Positions 9,277 through 19,699 are shown, numbered from the stretch's first letter. The stretch: 64,000 nt of DNA from an uncultured Chloroflexia bacterium (GCA_963765765.1 CAVXYC010000014.1:224001-288000); one strand, 5' to 3'. Notes: a model not told the origin generated them from the sequence alone. Numbers and translations are program-made.

Positions 9277-10768
9277 TCGCAAAAGATCTCGAGAACGCGG
9301 AGACCTCAGAGACATCCATTTCTGAGGTCTCTCTTGTTTCTGGAGTATCTTGAGTCTCATCCAGACTTGCAAGCCGAGTCGCTCGCACCAACAGAGCGGC
9401 CACGTACCAGAACAGTGCCACGGCATGCGGGAATGCGTGGTTTGCCCAGTAATGGTCGAAGAGGCCGGAGACTAGCGCTGCGATGAACGCACTCTGGAGC
9501 GAGATCACCAATCCGCGAGGATCACGCCCAGACGTTGCGCTGAACCGCAACGATGGAACCAGCACGCTGGCAATCGCGACCAAGTACGCCGCGAATCCGA
9601 GGAGCCCAGTTTGCTGCGCCACCAGCAGATACTGGCTGGACACCCCGGGGAAAAGTCCCAGTCGCGGGGACGCTCCGAACCCGATCCCCAGAATTGGGTA
9701 CGCCTGGATGATCTCGAACGCATTGCGATATTCACTCAATCGCAATGCCGAGGCTTTGTCACGGGCTTCGAACCCTGAGATCACCCGCGCAATCAGCCCT
9801 CGACCGAACGGCGTCATCACTACCGCCACTGCGCCCAGCGCCCCCAGAATCCAGGCCTTTCGATACCGCAATGTGGCCATCCAGCCAAGCGCAACGACGA
9901 TCCCGAGCCAGGTCGCGCGAGAGTGCGTGGCAATGAGGCAAGCTAACACCAGCACTATCGCCGGCGCCAGGGCGGCTCGGGGGAAGACTGGTTTCCGCGC
10001 AAATAGTTGTCCCAGCATCACCGCGGCCACAATCAGCAGCATGCCCGCGAACACGTTGGGATCGATAGATGTCCCCGTGGCTCGCAAGATATCGGTGTAG
10101 GTATCGTTCGGGCCCGGCAGAAAGCGCAGAATCTCGCGACCCCCCGGATACCCGAGAACTTGCAGGCGGGAGAGCAGCGAAACTTGCCCATCGGGCGACT
10201 GAAGGTAAAGCGCCAGACCGACGACCGCCGCCAGAACGCCACAGACGATCAACGCCCGGATGTGCTTGACGAGCGATTCGGCCTCCCTCACAAGGTTGAA
10301 GGTCACAACAAAGAAGAGCGTGCTCAGGAGCAGCTTGAGAAATCGGCGTAGCAGCTCCGGTGTGTACGCGTACGGGGCCGAAAACACGAACGACGCGACG
10401 GAGATTGCGCAGAAGACAAGAAGCGCAATCCCGGCGGGTGGAAGCTCGACACGCTCACCGAGCTGACTTGCCCGAGCGATCCAGCCGATCAGCAAACAGG
10501 CCAGCACAACGTCCAGCGCCGTGAGCTGAATTCCGAATCGCACCGGCACGACCGCGAACGGCAAGAGCGTGACCAGCGCAACGAATCCGAATAGCCCTAC
10601 TCGCGGCATCACGAGCAGAATCGCGACGCCTAACAGGCCAGGAAGAATCGCCGCGGCGGCAATCGGCGGCATCGCGAAGGGCAGCCAGGCGGCGCTTGCG
10701 CCCGCTGCGACGGCTAGAAAGATGACGATTGGCGGCCAGCCAAGTGATGCTCGAATAAGCGAAGTCAA
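9269..10768 (-). CDS. O-antigen ligase family membrane protein
   Basis: Multi-TM; RATGTSIDPNVFA, THSRATW, PILGIGFG motifs. Confidence 0.85.
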   Translation of the reverse strand: MTSLIRASLGWPPIVIFLAVAAGASAAWLPFAMPPIAAAAILPGLLGVAILLVMPRVGLFGFVALVTLLPFAVVPVRFGIQLTALDVVLACLLIGWIARASQLGERVELPPAGIALLVFCAISVASFVFSAPYAYTPELLRRFLKLLLSTLFFVVTFNLVREAESLVKHIRALIVCGVLAAVVGLALYLQSPDGQVSLLSRLQVLGYPGGREILRFLPGPNDTYTDILRATGTSIDPNVFAGMLLIVAAVMLGQLFARKPVFPRAALAPAIVLVLACLIATHSRATWLGIVVALGWMATLRYRKAWILGALGAVAVVMTPFGRGLIARVISGFEARDKASALRLSEYRNAFEIIQAYPILGIGFGASPRLGLFPGVSSQYLLVAQQTGLLGFAAYLVAIASVLVPSLRFSATSGRDPRGLVISLQSAFIAALVSGLFDHYWANHAFPHAVALFWYVAALLVRATRLASLDETQDTPETRETSEMDVSEVSAFSRSFATS

Positions 10769-11949
10769 ATTGCCTGACCCGTAGCGGGCATATCGATGAC
10801 CGATGTGTAGACATCACAGACGGCAGCTGCAATTCGTGGCCACTGAATTCGCTCACTGGCCTTTTTTGCGCCATTCGAGATTGCTGACCGCAGCGACTCG
10901 TCTTCCATGAGTCTCACGATGGCGTCGGACAGGGCACCGGCATCCCGTGGCGGGACGAGTAAGACGCTGTCCCCCGATTCGAATCCAGGAATCCCATTCC
11001 GCCCGTTGGGCTGAAGTGTCGTGATAATCGGCCTTGCGTGCACGAGCGCCGCGGTCAACGAGCTTCTTCGGAAGGAAGCACCATCGTCAAACGGAAACAC
11101 AAGCGCATCGCAGCGTTGCAGCTCCACCGAGACGTCGTGCAATGAGAGTGTCCCCGTGCGTTCGATGCATCTGGATAGACCCAGGTGGTCGATCTCCTGC
11201 TCAACAGAGGCGCGCGTCTGGCTGTTGGTCGGGTCGGCATCTCCGAGCGCATCACCAATGAGCACGAGTCGGAGCTGCCGCTTTTGCCGCACGAGCTCGG
11301 ACGCCGCTTCGAGCAGCGTGCTGACGCCCTTGCTGGCGTTCATGAACCCAAAATATCCAAGACGGAAAGGCTCGTCATTGTCATGATGACCCTTCTCCTG
11401 AAATGGAACAACGGGTACCCCGGACCCAATGGGTACAAGCGCGTGCTCGGGCCGGGCACCGGCCCAATGTCGATCTCCATCATCGGCAAATATCGCCGCG
11501 TGGCTCTGGTCGATCATCCAATGTGTCACAACCTCTCGCACACGTCCGGCCCTGGGGAAAAGGTAAGGCAAGCGGACATCGTGGCACGTCACCACGACTC
11601 GCGCCCCGGGCCGCCGCCAACGCAGCCATTTCGGAAGAAAGTTGATCGCCGGGTGCATCCCGAAGGCGGCTGTTTGATACTGGATGTGGACGATGCACGG
11701 CCCAGATCCGATCCGCTGGGCCACCGCGTTCAGAAGGATCCAGCGATCCACGCCACTCGACAACCGCTCGACTGGCACCGTCGATTTCACGCCGCTCGTG
11801 GTGATGGGATGATCGTTGCCAACCAGCACAACCACATTGAGGCCCACCGACTGCAGACTCTCGGCGAGCCGAGCGGTGTAATCGGCTATTCCGCCAACGC
11901 GAGGCGGAAATTCGCCAGTAAGCAGAAAGATTGGCGGAAAGTTGGTCAA
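10765..11949 (-). CDS. Glycosyltransferase family 4
   Basis: TGEFPPRVGGIADYT, YFGFMNASKG, LVPPRDAGALSDAI; TTG start overlaps the NUDIX stop. Confidence 0.88.
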   Translation of the reverse strand: MTNFPPIFLLTGEFPPRVGGIADYTARLAESLQSVGLNVVVLVGNDHPITTSGVKSTVPVERLSSGVDRWILLNAVAQRIGSGPCIVHIQYQTAAFGMHPAINFLPKWLRWRRPGARVVVTCHDVRLPYLFPRAGRVREVVTHWMIDQSHAAIFADDGDRHWAGARPEHALVPIGSGVPVVPFQEKGHHDNDEPFRLGYFGFMNASKGVSTLLEAASELVRQKRQLRLVLIGDALGDADPTNSQTRASVEQEIDHLGLSRCIERTGTLSLHDVSVELQRCDALVFPFDDGASFRRSSLTAALVHARPIITTLQPNGRNGIPGFESGDSVLLVPPRDAGALSDAIVRLMEDESLRSAISNGAKKASERIQWPRIAAAVCDVYTSVIDMPATGQAI

Positions 11950-12464
11950 TTCTTTGGCGCAAGTCCCGCGCGCCACTGATCCAGCACTTGATGAAGGTGT
12001 GCAAATGCAAGGTTGCTCGGCAGCTCATCCGGCCCGAACCACCGCAGCTCGGCTACGTCATCCTGGGCTCTGGGCTCTCCCTCTGTCGCATCTGCAACGA
12101 AATAGATATTCAATGTGTATATAGAATCATCGCCATCGCCGTATCGATCGATGAACATCCCGAGCATTCCTCGTGGCTGAACGCTCAGTCCCGACTCTTC
12201 CAGCAGCTCCCGCACAGCACCGGTCTCTGGGTCCTCACCCGCCTCGAGAAAGCCGCCCGGAATGTCCCAGTAATCCTTCATCGGCTCAACGGCGCGTCGG
12301 GACAAGAGGACCCGCCCGTCGCGGATCACGACCGCGCCGGCGCACGGCTTCGAGTTCTCATAAAGCGGGCGACCGCACCGCGTGCAGTCAAATCGAATGT
12401 TCCGCCCCTGGGTCGCGTTGTGCAGCGTACCCCCGCAATGCGAGCAGAATTGGTAATGATGCAA
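11946..12464 (-). CDS. NUDIX hydrolase with N-terminal zinc ribbon
   Basis: FCSHCG...CTRCG; PGGFLEAGEDPETGAVRELLEESG Nudix box; start uncertain. Confidence 0.85.
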   Translation of the reverse strand: MHHYQFCSHCGGTLHNATQGRNIRFDCTRCGRPLYENSKPCAGAVVIRDGRVLLSRRAVEPMKDYWDIPGGFLEAGEDPETGAVRELLEESGLSVQPRGMLGMFIDRYGDGDDSIYTLNIYFVADATEGEPRAQDDVAELRWFGPDELPSNLAFAHLHQVLDQWRAGLAPKN

Positions 12465-12489
12465 AGCGCGCCCTAAGCTCCCAACAACA

Positions 12490-13434
12490 TTATGTCGATA
12501 ACAGCCGACCCGCCTGCCAGCGCACCACGTCAGACCACATGCCAATCCGTGCCCGACGAATCTCGCGCTTGTGACCAAGGGCCAGCTTCAGCGACTCTTC
12601 CGCAAGCTGAAATGCCGATGCCCCGAAGAGGAACCAGCGCAGGGCAAGCGAGACGGAGAGTCCGTGCCACTTCCGAGCATAGCGGCACTTGCTCTCATTG
12701 AATTCACACTGCCGGCGTGTTGGCACCTGCTCGCTGCTCTGTCCTCCCAGATGCCGGGCGTGCGCTTCGGGTTCAAAGATGACTGACCAGCCTGCTTGCT
12801 TGAATCTTCGGCACCAGTCCGTTTCTTCGAAATACATGAAGAAGCGCTCGTCGAAGCCTCGGACTTGCTCCAGCGCCGTACGACGTACCAGCAAACACGC
12901 GCCGACTAACCAGTCGGTCTCCTGCGCTACCTGATCGCTACGGTCCAGTACGTAGTAGTCCCGAAATATCCGATGGGTCGGCGAGAGCATCTGCTGAAGT
13001 GGCGTGCTCTCAACGAACAAGCTTGCCGTCGTCGGAAATCGGCGCCTTGTTGACTGGACGCTACCATCAGCATCCAGGACCAGCGGACCCGCCATCGCCG
13101 CACGGGGGTTCCGCTCGAGTGAAGCGACAAGCCGTTCCAGCGCGGATCCCTCTATCTGTGCATCAGGATTGAGCAGTAGTACGTACTCGCCCCGCGCCCG
13201 TGACAACGCGAGATTGTTCGCTCGGCCGAATCCAAGATTGGTTTCATTGGAAATGACGCTCGCTCGAGGAAACTCCGCCCGGACCATCTCCGCCGAGCCG
13301 TCGTCTGATGCGTTGTCAACGACGAAGGTCTCAGTCACGAGCGGCGACGCCGCCACTGATGCCAAGCTCTGCCGCAACAGATCGCGAGTATTCCAGCTCA
13401 CGATGACAACCGAGACCACCGGCTCCTGAGGCAT
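12490..13434 (-). CDS. Glycosyltransferase family 2 (WbbL-like)
   Basis: VSVVIVSWN, VDNASDD, NLGFGRANN, LLNPD, FMYFEETDW. Confidence 0.9.
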   Translation of the reverse strand: MPQEPVVSVVIVSWNTRDLLRQSLASVAASPLVTETFVVDNASDDGSAEMVRAEFPRASVISNETNLGFGRANNLALSRARGEYVLLLNPDAQIEGSALERLVASLERNPRAAMAGPLVLDADGSVQSTRRRFPTTASLFVESTPLQQMLSPTHRIFRDYYVLDRSDQVAQETDWLVGACLLVRRTALEQVRGFDERFFMYFEETDWCRRFKQAGWSVIFEPEAHARHLGGQSSEQVPTRRQCEFNESKCRYARKWHGLSVSLALRWFLFGASAFQLAEESLKLALGHKREIRRARIGMWSDVVRWQAGRLLST

Positions 13435-13518
13435 GGCCAATGTTACAAGGAGCGAGAGGTGAGATCAGAGCCGTCCTTGACCTCTCGCCTCTCGTCTAGA
13501 TCCTGTAGGCTGAAGCTA

Positions 13519-14373
13519 ATGACGCCGTCAGCCACGCCGACTCCCACGGTTCGTAAGTCATTTACCCGATTCCAGGGCGATGTGCCGATCTCAGTTGACG
13601 AGGAAGTGATCGGCGAAATCCGCTTCACCGTCTTTCTCGATGGCAAAGAGCTCATCACCTTCATGTGCTCCGCCTGGAAACTACGCGAGCTCGTGCTTGG
13701 CTTCCTTTATCTAGAGGGCTTGATCGAGAGCATGGACGACGTCACGATGCTGCGCATCTGCCCGGAAGATCGATTGGCGGAGGTGCAGCTACGCGGACCG
13801 GTCCGCGTTCCTGAAAGAAAGATTTTGACTTCGGGATGCAGCGGAGGGGTGAGCTTCGGCAAGTACCTGAAGGAGATCGAGCGGTTTCGCCTGGAATCGG
13901 CCCGAACCATAAGCGCGCAGACGATCTATACGACCATGACGTCGCTGTACGCGAATGCCTCGCTGTATCACCGCGCACGTGGAGTGCACACATCGGTCCT
14001 GGTACGCAGCAACGGAAGTATGGCAGTGGCCGAAGACATTGGTCGACACAACACTCTCGACAAGATCCAGGGACAGTGTCTGGTGGAATCTCTGGCACCG
14101 CGAGACGGATTGATCCTTAGCTCAGGTCGTATCTCTTCGGAGATGCTCCTGAAGTCGGCCATCATGGGTATTCCGGTGGTGGGCTCGAGAACTTCCCCCA
14201 CGGAGCTCGCGGTGACACTGGCTGAACGCCTCAACATCACGGTGATCGGATATATTCGACCAACCACGATGAACGTCTACAGCCATCCCTGGCGGATTCG
14301 CGGCGAGACGAGCGCGCTGAACAGATCCGTCGTGACTGATCCCCCGAAAGTACGCGCATCAAGCCCGGTCTAA
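13519..14373 (+). CDS. fdhD: Formate dehydrogenase accessory sulfurtransferase
   Basis: ELVLGFLYLEG, GVH, EDIGRHNTLDK, SGRISSEM. Confidence 0.92.
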   Translation: MTPSATPTPTVRKSFTRFQGDVPISVDEEVIGEIRFTVFLDGKELITFMCSAWKLRELVLGFLYLEGLIESMDDVTMLRICPEDRLAEVQLRGPVRVPERKILTSGCSGGVSFGKYLKEIERFRLESARTISAQTIYTTMTSLYANASLYHRARGVHTSVLVRSNGSMAVAEDIGRHNTLDKIQGQCLVESLAPRDGLILSSGRISSEMLLKSAIMGIPVVGSRTSPTELAVTLAERLNITVIGYIRPTTMNVYSHPWRIRGETSALNRSVVTDPPKVRASSPV

Positions 14374-14376
14374 TCT

Positions 14377-15426
14377 TTGGCCGCCTTCATCTATCTGCTT
14401 CACGGCTCTGATCACTTCTCGCGTGACGAGCAAGTCCGCGCGCTTAAGGAGAAGATGCGCGCCCTACCGGCCGGTGAGCACAACATCAGCGACCTGCGTG
14501 GCTCGGAGACATCTCAAGGGGAAGTGCTGGAGGCATGTAGCGCTGCGCCCTTTCTCGCTGATCGCCGCATGGTCATCGCAGAGGGCTTGCTAGCGCGTTC
14601 ACAGGGTGCAAGCACTGGACGGCGCCGTAAGAAAACCGACACTCCTGACGGGGCCGCGCTCTTCGACGCGTTGCAAGGTCTGCCCGAAACTACAGCACTC
14701 GTTCTCGTAGAAGAACAAGCAGACAGCACCATCATGAACGAGCTGCGAAAACGCATCCCGAGCGAACGTCTCGTGGAGCGCGCCTTCGGGCAACGGGACG
14801 ACATGGGCTCATGGATTCGTCAACGCGTCCGGGCCGGCGGAGGATCGATTCAGCCAGACGCGGTCCGACAGCTTCTTCAGATCGCCTCGGATGACACCGC
14901 GCTCATGGCCAACGAGATCGACAAACTGCTCGCCTATTGTGGAGATCAACCCATCAGCGCATCCGATGTGGATGAGCTCGTCACGATCAATAGCGAGCTT
15001 TCAACCTTTGCGCTGCTGGACGCCCTGGCTGCCGGGGACCGAGGAGCAGCCCTTACGGCCTATCGGCAGCTTCTACAGCAGGGTGAGCGACCTGAATCGA
15101 TCATGCCGCAACTTGCCGCGTTCGTGCGGCGCCTGTCCGTCATCCGCGCTGCACTTGATGAACAATCTTCGTTAGTGGAAGCCGCCTCTGCCGCCCAGAT
15201 CAATCCCCGCACGGTAGATCGTCTCGGGCGCCAGGCTTCTCGCTTCACCGCGGACCAGCTACGGAAGGCCTACGGACTCTTGCTCGATACCGACCTGCAG
15301 CTCAAAACCAGCGGTCGATCGCCTGTTGCAGCGGTTGAGCTGGTGATCGCCGAGTTCCCTGAACCTCAGGGGGCGTCATCAGCGGGAAATCGGATGTCCG
15401 CGAGTCGTCCCTACGGTCGGAGATAA
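14377..15426 (+). CDS. holA: DNA polymerase III subunit delta
   Basis: IYLLHG, PFLADRRMVI, NEIDKL, TDLQLKT. Confidence 0.88.
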   Translation: MAAFIYLLHGSDHFSRDEQVRALKEKMRALPAGEHNISDLRGSETSQGEVLEACSAAPFLADRRMVIAEGLLARSQGASTGRRRKKTDTPDGAALFDALQGLPETTALVLVEEQADSTIMNELRKRIPSERLVERAFGQRDDMGSWIRQRVRAGGGSIQPDAVRQLLQIASDDTALMANEIDKLLAYCGDQPISASDVDELVTINSELSTFALLDALAAGDRGAALTAYRQLLQQGERPESIMPQLAAFVRRLSVIRAALDEQSSLVEAASAAQINPRTVDRLGRQASRFTADQLRKAYGLLLDTDLQLKTSGRSPVAAVELVIAEFPEPQGASSAGNRMSASRPYGRR

Positions 15427-15469
15427 GGTAAACCGCCAGTGGCGGAATGCCTACGGCTCGTTCCGCGCG

Positions 15470-16111
15470 CTAGAACAGCGACCGCATCACCGCAACGACC
15501 TTGCCCTGGACCTGCAAGTTGCTGGGATCGACAAGGATTGGATCCATGGTGGCGTTGGCGGGCTGCAAGCGGACATGATTGCGCTCCCGATAAAAGCGCT
15601 TGAGCGTGGCCACCGAGTCCTGAGCTCCCTGATTATTGAGCAGCGCCACGACGATATCGCCATTCTGCGCAGTCTGCTGCGGGCGGATCACGACGATGTC
15701 GCCATCATCGATGAGGTCTTCGATCATCGACTTGCCCTTTACCCGAAGAGCGAAACAGCCATCTGGGACGAGCTGAGCTGAAAATTCGAGCGATTCATGC
15801 TCGCCCTCAAACGCCTCGATCGGCTCACCAGCGGCGATACAGCCAACAACCGGGACCCGTGCCAGATTCGTCGGCTCGAGAGACTGCGGCTCCGCTTCCG
15901 CTCCTGCCAGTCCGAGACCGCGCGACACTTCGCGGTCACGCCGGATGAGGCCTTCACGCTGAAGCACCCGCAGGTTGTAATCCACAACCGAGGTCGAGGA
16001 GATGTCCGCCGCGTTGCCGATCTCACGGATCGTCGGCGGGTAACCATGCTCACTCTGGTGATCGCGGATGAACTGCAGAATCCGCTTCTGGCGCTGCGAA
16101 AGACCGCGCAT
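15470..16111 (-). CDS. lexA: SOS repressor LexA
   Basis: GYPPTIREI wHTH, IAAGEP (Ala-Gly cleavage site), VKGKSM, TLKR. Confidence 0.96.
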   Translation of the reverse strand: MRGLSQRQKRILQFIRDHQSEHGYPPTIREIGNAADISSTSVVDYNLRVLQREGLIRRDREVSRGLGLAGAEAEPQSLEPTNLARVPVVGCIAAGEPIEAFEGEHESLEFSAQLVPDGCFALRVKGKSMIEDLIDDGDIVVIRPQQTAQNGDIVVALLNNQGAQDSVATLKRFYRERNHVRLQPANATMDPILVDPSNLQVQGKVVAVMRSLF

Positions 16112-16140
16112 ACTCCGACCCCTTGGCTGCCGACTCTGGC

Positions 16141-16156
16141 TAGAACACTCGTTCTA
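16141..16156. promoter_or_regulatory. SOS box (GAAC-N4-GTTC type)
   Basis: TAGAAC-ACTC-GTTCTA palindrome 30 bp upstream of lexA. Confidence 0.88.
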
Positions 16157-16159
16157 CGG

Positions 16160-16188
16160 ATGATAACAGCGGGCCGGAGTGATGTCAA
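16160..16188 (-). promoter_or_regulatory. Sigma70-type promoter of lexA
   Basis: TTGACA-17 bp-TATCAT with extended -10 TG. Confidence 0.85.
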
Positions 16189-16195
16189 CTTGGAC

Positions 16196-16276
16196 GAGAG
16201 GTCAGAGATCAGAGGCTAGAGGTCAGGTTTGGCCCCGATGACCACTGACTCCCTGAGCTCTAGCCTCTGACCTCTC
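16196..16276. repeat. AGAGGTC heptamer palindromic element
   Basis: agaggtc agagatc agaggct agaggtc ... ctgagct ctagcct ctgacct. Confidence 0.75.
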
Positions 16277-18538
16277 AGTCCGCGCCGTGCAGCCGGAAGA
16301 AGATCTCTTCCGCCGTAATGGGCAGATGGGTGAAGCGCTCGCCGGTCGCGTCATGGATGGCGTTAGCGATGGCGGGTGCGATTCCAACGATACCGAGCTC
16401 ACCTACGCCCTTCGCACCAAATGGCCCTGAGCCCATACCGTGTGTGATGTAGTCGGTACGCAGCGGCGGCGCATCGGCTATCGTGGGCACTTTGTAATCG
16501 TGCAATCCCACCGTGGTGACGCGGCCGTCCTCCAGCTTGATCTCTTCCATGGTGGCCATACCCACGCCCATCATCATGCCGCCCTGAAGCTGCCCTTCAG
16601 CGTTGATGGGATTGAGAATCGGCCCCACCTCGTCCACTGCCTGGATCTGGAGAATCGTGTACTGGCCGGTGCTGGTGTCCACCTCAACGTCCACGACGTA
16701 CGCCTGGAACGTCTCCTCGTGAGGACTGTGTCCCTTATAGACCTCGGTGAATTCCAGCGGTCCGCCCTCTGTGGTGGTCACGCGGGCCACGAGGTCTGAC
16801 CAGCTAATCTGGTTATCTGGTCGCCGCTGCTCGCGGAAGAACCCGCTCACCAGCTCAACCTCGTCGGACGGGCAGCCGAGGTACTCTGAAGCCATGTTGG
16901 CCAGAGACTCCCGGGTCTTCTGCGCCGTATTGAGGGTGGCCGTACCCACCACGTGAGTCACTCGGCTCGCACCCGAGCCGGCGTCCACTGGGGCATCTCC
17001 CGGTGCGCGACGGTCGATCGTCACATCGCTCAACGGCACCTGCAAGATCTCCGCGGCAATCTGCTGCATGATCGTGGTTGCGCCTGTACCCGTATCAGGC
17101 AACGCCGTCAGGATATTGACCTTGCCGTCCGGCGCTCACCTGAAAGGTGACTCCGGCCCTCACCTGAACCCGTGGAGTAGAAACCGAGAGACAGGCCGCG
17201 ACCCACCACTCGCCCCGGTGTCTGAGGCGCTGGAATTGGACCGCCCCAGCCGGTAAATTCTTTCGCTCGCTGGAGCGTCTCGATCTCTAGCACGTTGTGC
17301 CAGTGATCGCCATTGGGCGCGGTGTCACCGTCCTTGAGCGCGTTCATCAGGCGGAATTCCAACGGATCCATGTCGGTCTGCTCGGCCAGATAATCCATGT
17401 GCGATTCCACCGCGAACAGCGTCTGCGGCGAGCCCGGCGAGCGCATGTGCCCGCATGGAACCGTGTTGGTGTAGGCGATGATGCACTCGATCTTCGTGTG
17501 CGGGATGTTGTAGGCGCCGCCTCCCTTGACGAATCCGCCGATGCCGCCGGAGCCGGCGGGCTTCATCGAAGCATACGCGCCGCCATCCACAATCATGGTC
17601 GCCTCACGCGCCCAGATTCGGCCGTCGTTTTTGAGCCCAGTCTTGAGGTGAATCGTAGCGGGATGGCGCGGAGCTCCGGCGGTGAGCTCTTCCACGTACG
17701 TCATGACCATCGTGACCGGCCGGCCCGTGGCTTTGGAAAGCAGGTAACAGACCTCCTGGTCGCCGTGGTCACCCTTGCCGCCAAAATCACCACCCATATG
17801 CACTGGCAGCACCGTGACCTGCTCATCGGGCAGGTCTGCCGCCGCGGCAACCCAGCCGCGCGCCTGGTAGGGTCCTTTGCAGGCAACCCACATTTTGACG
17901 CTGCCATCATCTTGCACCGCCACCGTAACAGCGTGCGGCTCAAGATACACCTGGTGATTGCGTGACGTGGTGAAGGTCTGCTCAAAAATTAAATCTGATT
18001 CGGCAAATCCCTGCTCCACGTCGCCAATGCCCCACCTGTTGTACGACTGCAAATTGGGCATGGCCGGCATGTCCTTAGCCGCGCCCGCGTAGCTTGTGGG
18101 ATCATCATGCACTCGAGGCGAGTCATCTTTGAGCGCTTCGGCAGGGTCAATGACCGCCGGCAGCTCTTCGTACTCGATTTCGATCAGATCCATCGCCTCT
18201 TCGGCGATATTCGGATCGTCGGCCGCGATCAGCGCGACTCTGTCTCCGATGTAGCGCACCTTGTCGCGCGCAAGCGCAGGCTGATCCTTCACCCGACGCC
18301 CCACCATGAGTGGCGGGGTGTCATCCGCAGTGAGCACCGCCCGGACTCCTGGCAACGCGCGAGCCCTGGAGACGTCCAGTCTGACGATTCGACCGTGGGG
18401 GATGCTACTGCGGAAGACCTTACCCCAGAGGCGACCTGACGGCTGGACGTCAGCGGTGTACTGAGCGCCGCCAGTGACTTTGGAGGCACCTTCAATCCGT
18501 CCAACCCGCTGACCGATCACAGAGAGCGTCGCTGTCAT
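16275..18538 (-). CDS. Xanthine dehydrogenase family molybdopterin-binding subunit (frameshifted near 17130-17160)
   Basis: KVTGGAQYTAD, YLEPH, GGDFGGKG, MRSPGSPQ; C-terminal EGQLQGG, GPFGAKGVGE; two ORFs joined by removing two single bases. Confidence 0.9.
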
Positions 18539-18826
18539 CTCTAGTAATTCCCCATTCCAGACTACGGGGCTAGTATAGCCCGCTCTATGCGCACCAAAGA
18601 GGCGGTAGCACGGGCCCTTGTGGCCAGCTTGAGGCGCACGGAGCCTCACATCCGCCATGTAAACCCATCATCCCACCCCTTTCCCAGAGGGTGTTGGAGC
18701 AACAGGCTCTGCATATAAATCGCCAAGGTACGCAACTTGCCATATGGGCAACGAAGAGGCCGCGCGCGTTGGGCAAAACTGAGTCCGGCGCTGAACTCGA
18801 CCCTCACCGGCCTTCGGGAGTCCACT

Positions 18827-19699
18827 ATGACCATGCAGGATCCGCGCTCCGGCGGGCCAGCGCCCACGCCACCCCCCACAACGAACGCCCCGGGCTCGAC
18901 TGCGTCCCCGCCGTCCGCGCCCGGCATGGGCGGCACACCGGGCAGCCCAAATCGACCTACCGACGAAGATCAGGGCACCATCGGGCAGATGAAAGATCGG
19001 GTCCAAGAGCAGGTAGCGCCGGCCACCGAGCAAGTTCAGGAGAAAACCGGTCAGGCGTTCAGCCAGGCACGTCAGCAAGTGACAAGCCGGCTCGATTCAC
19101 AGCTAGATCGCGCCGCCGAAGGCCTCATGCACACCGCACACGCGATTCGTCAGACCGGCCAACAGCTACGCCAGCAGAACCAGGCAGACACAGTGGCGAA
19201 CTATACCGACCAAGCAGCGGAAAAAGTTGAGCACTTCGCGTCATATCTCGAGGCGCATGACACGAACTATATCCTGCGCGAGACCGAACGCCTGGCCCGT
19301 CAGAAGCCAGCGGCATTTCTCGCCAGCGCATTCGCGCTCGGGCTGGCTGCCGCGCGCTTCTTCAGGAGCTCACCGTCACAGATGAACGGCGGCCAGTATG
19401 GGAGCAGCCAGTATGGCAATCGGATGGGCCCCGGTCAGATGACGCCTGGGGCGACGTTCCCAATGCAGCGCACCTGGCCTCCAACCTCCTCTTCGACAAC
19501 GCCTTCGACAACGTCACCGGCGACGACATCTCCGTCGCCGACGTCACCATCCACATCTCCTTCAACGACGTCGCCGTCGCAGGTCACGCCCCAGCCCGGG
19601 AGCGGGACGTCCAACAATCCGGGCGGTTCGTCAAGCTCGCAGACTGAAGAGCGCCAGCCTGGCACGCCTGTCACGCCACCGAGAAATAGGGGGTCCTGA
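18827..19699 (+). CDS. Hydrophilic helical protein with one TM segment (YqjD/ElaB-like), Pro/Ser/Thr-rich tails
   Basis: Q/E/A-rich helices, ARQKPAAFLASAFALGLAAARFF; first gene of a 3-gene operon. Confidence 0.7.
   Translation: MTMQDPRSGGPAPTPPPTTNAPGSTASPPSAPGMGGTPGSPNRPTDEDQGTIGQMKDRVQEQVAPATEQVQEKTGQAFSQARQQVTSRLDSQLDRAAEGLMHTAHAIRQTGQQLRQQNQADTVANYTDQAAEKVEHFASYLEAHDTNYILRETERLARQKPAAFLASAFALGLAAARFFRSSPSQMNGGQYGSSQYGNRMGPGQMTPGATFPMQRTWPPTSSSTTPSTTSPATTSPSPTSPSTSPSTTSPSQVTPQPGSGTSNNPGGSSSSQTEERQPGTPVTPPRNRGS

Noticed and set aside
17130-17160. Programmed frameshifting in the Mo-subunit and other split genes
   Set aside because: No slippery heptamers noticed; too many unrelated genes are affected, so sequencing indels are simpler
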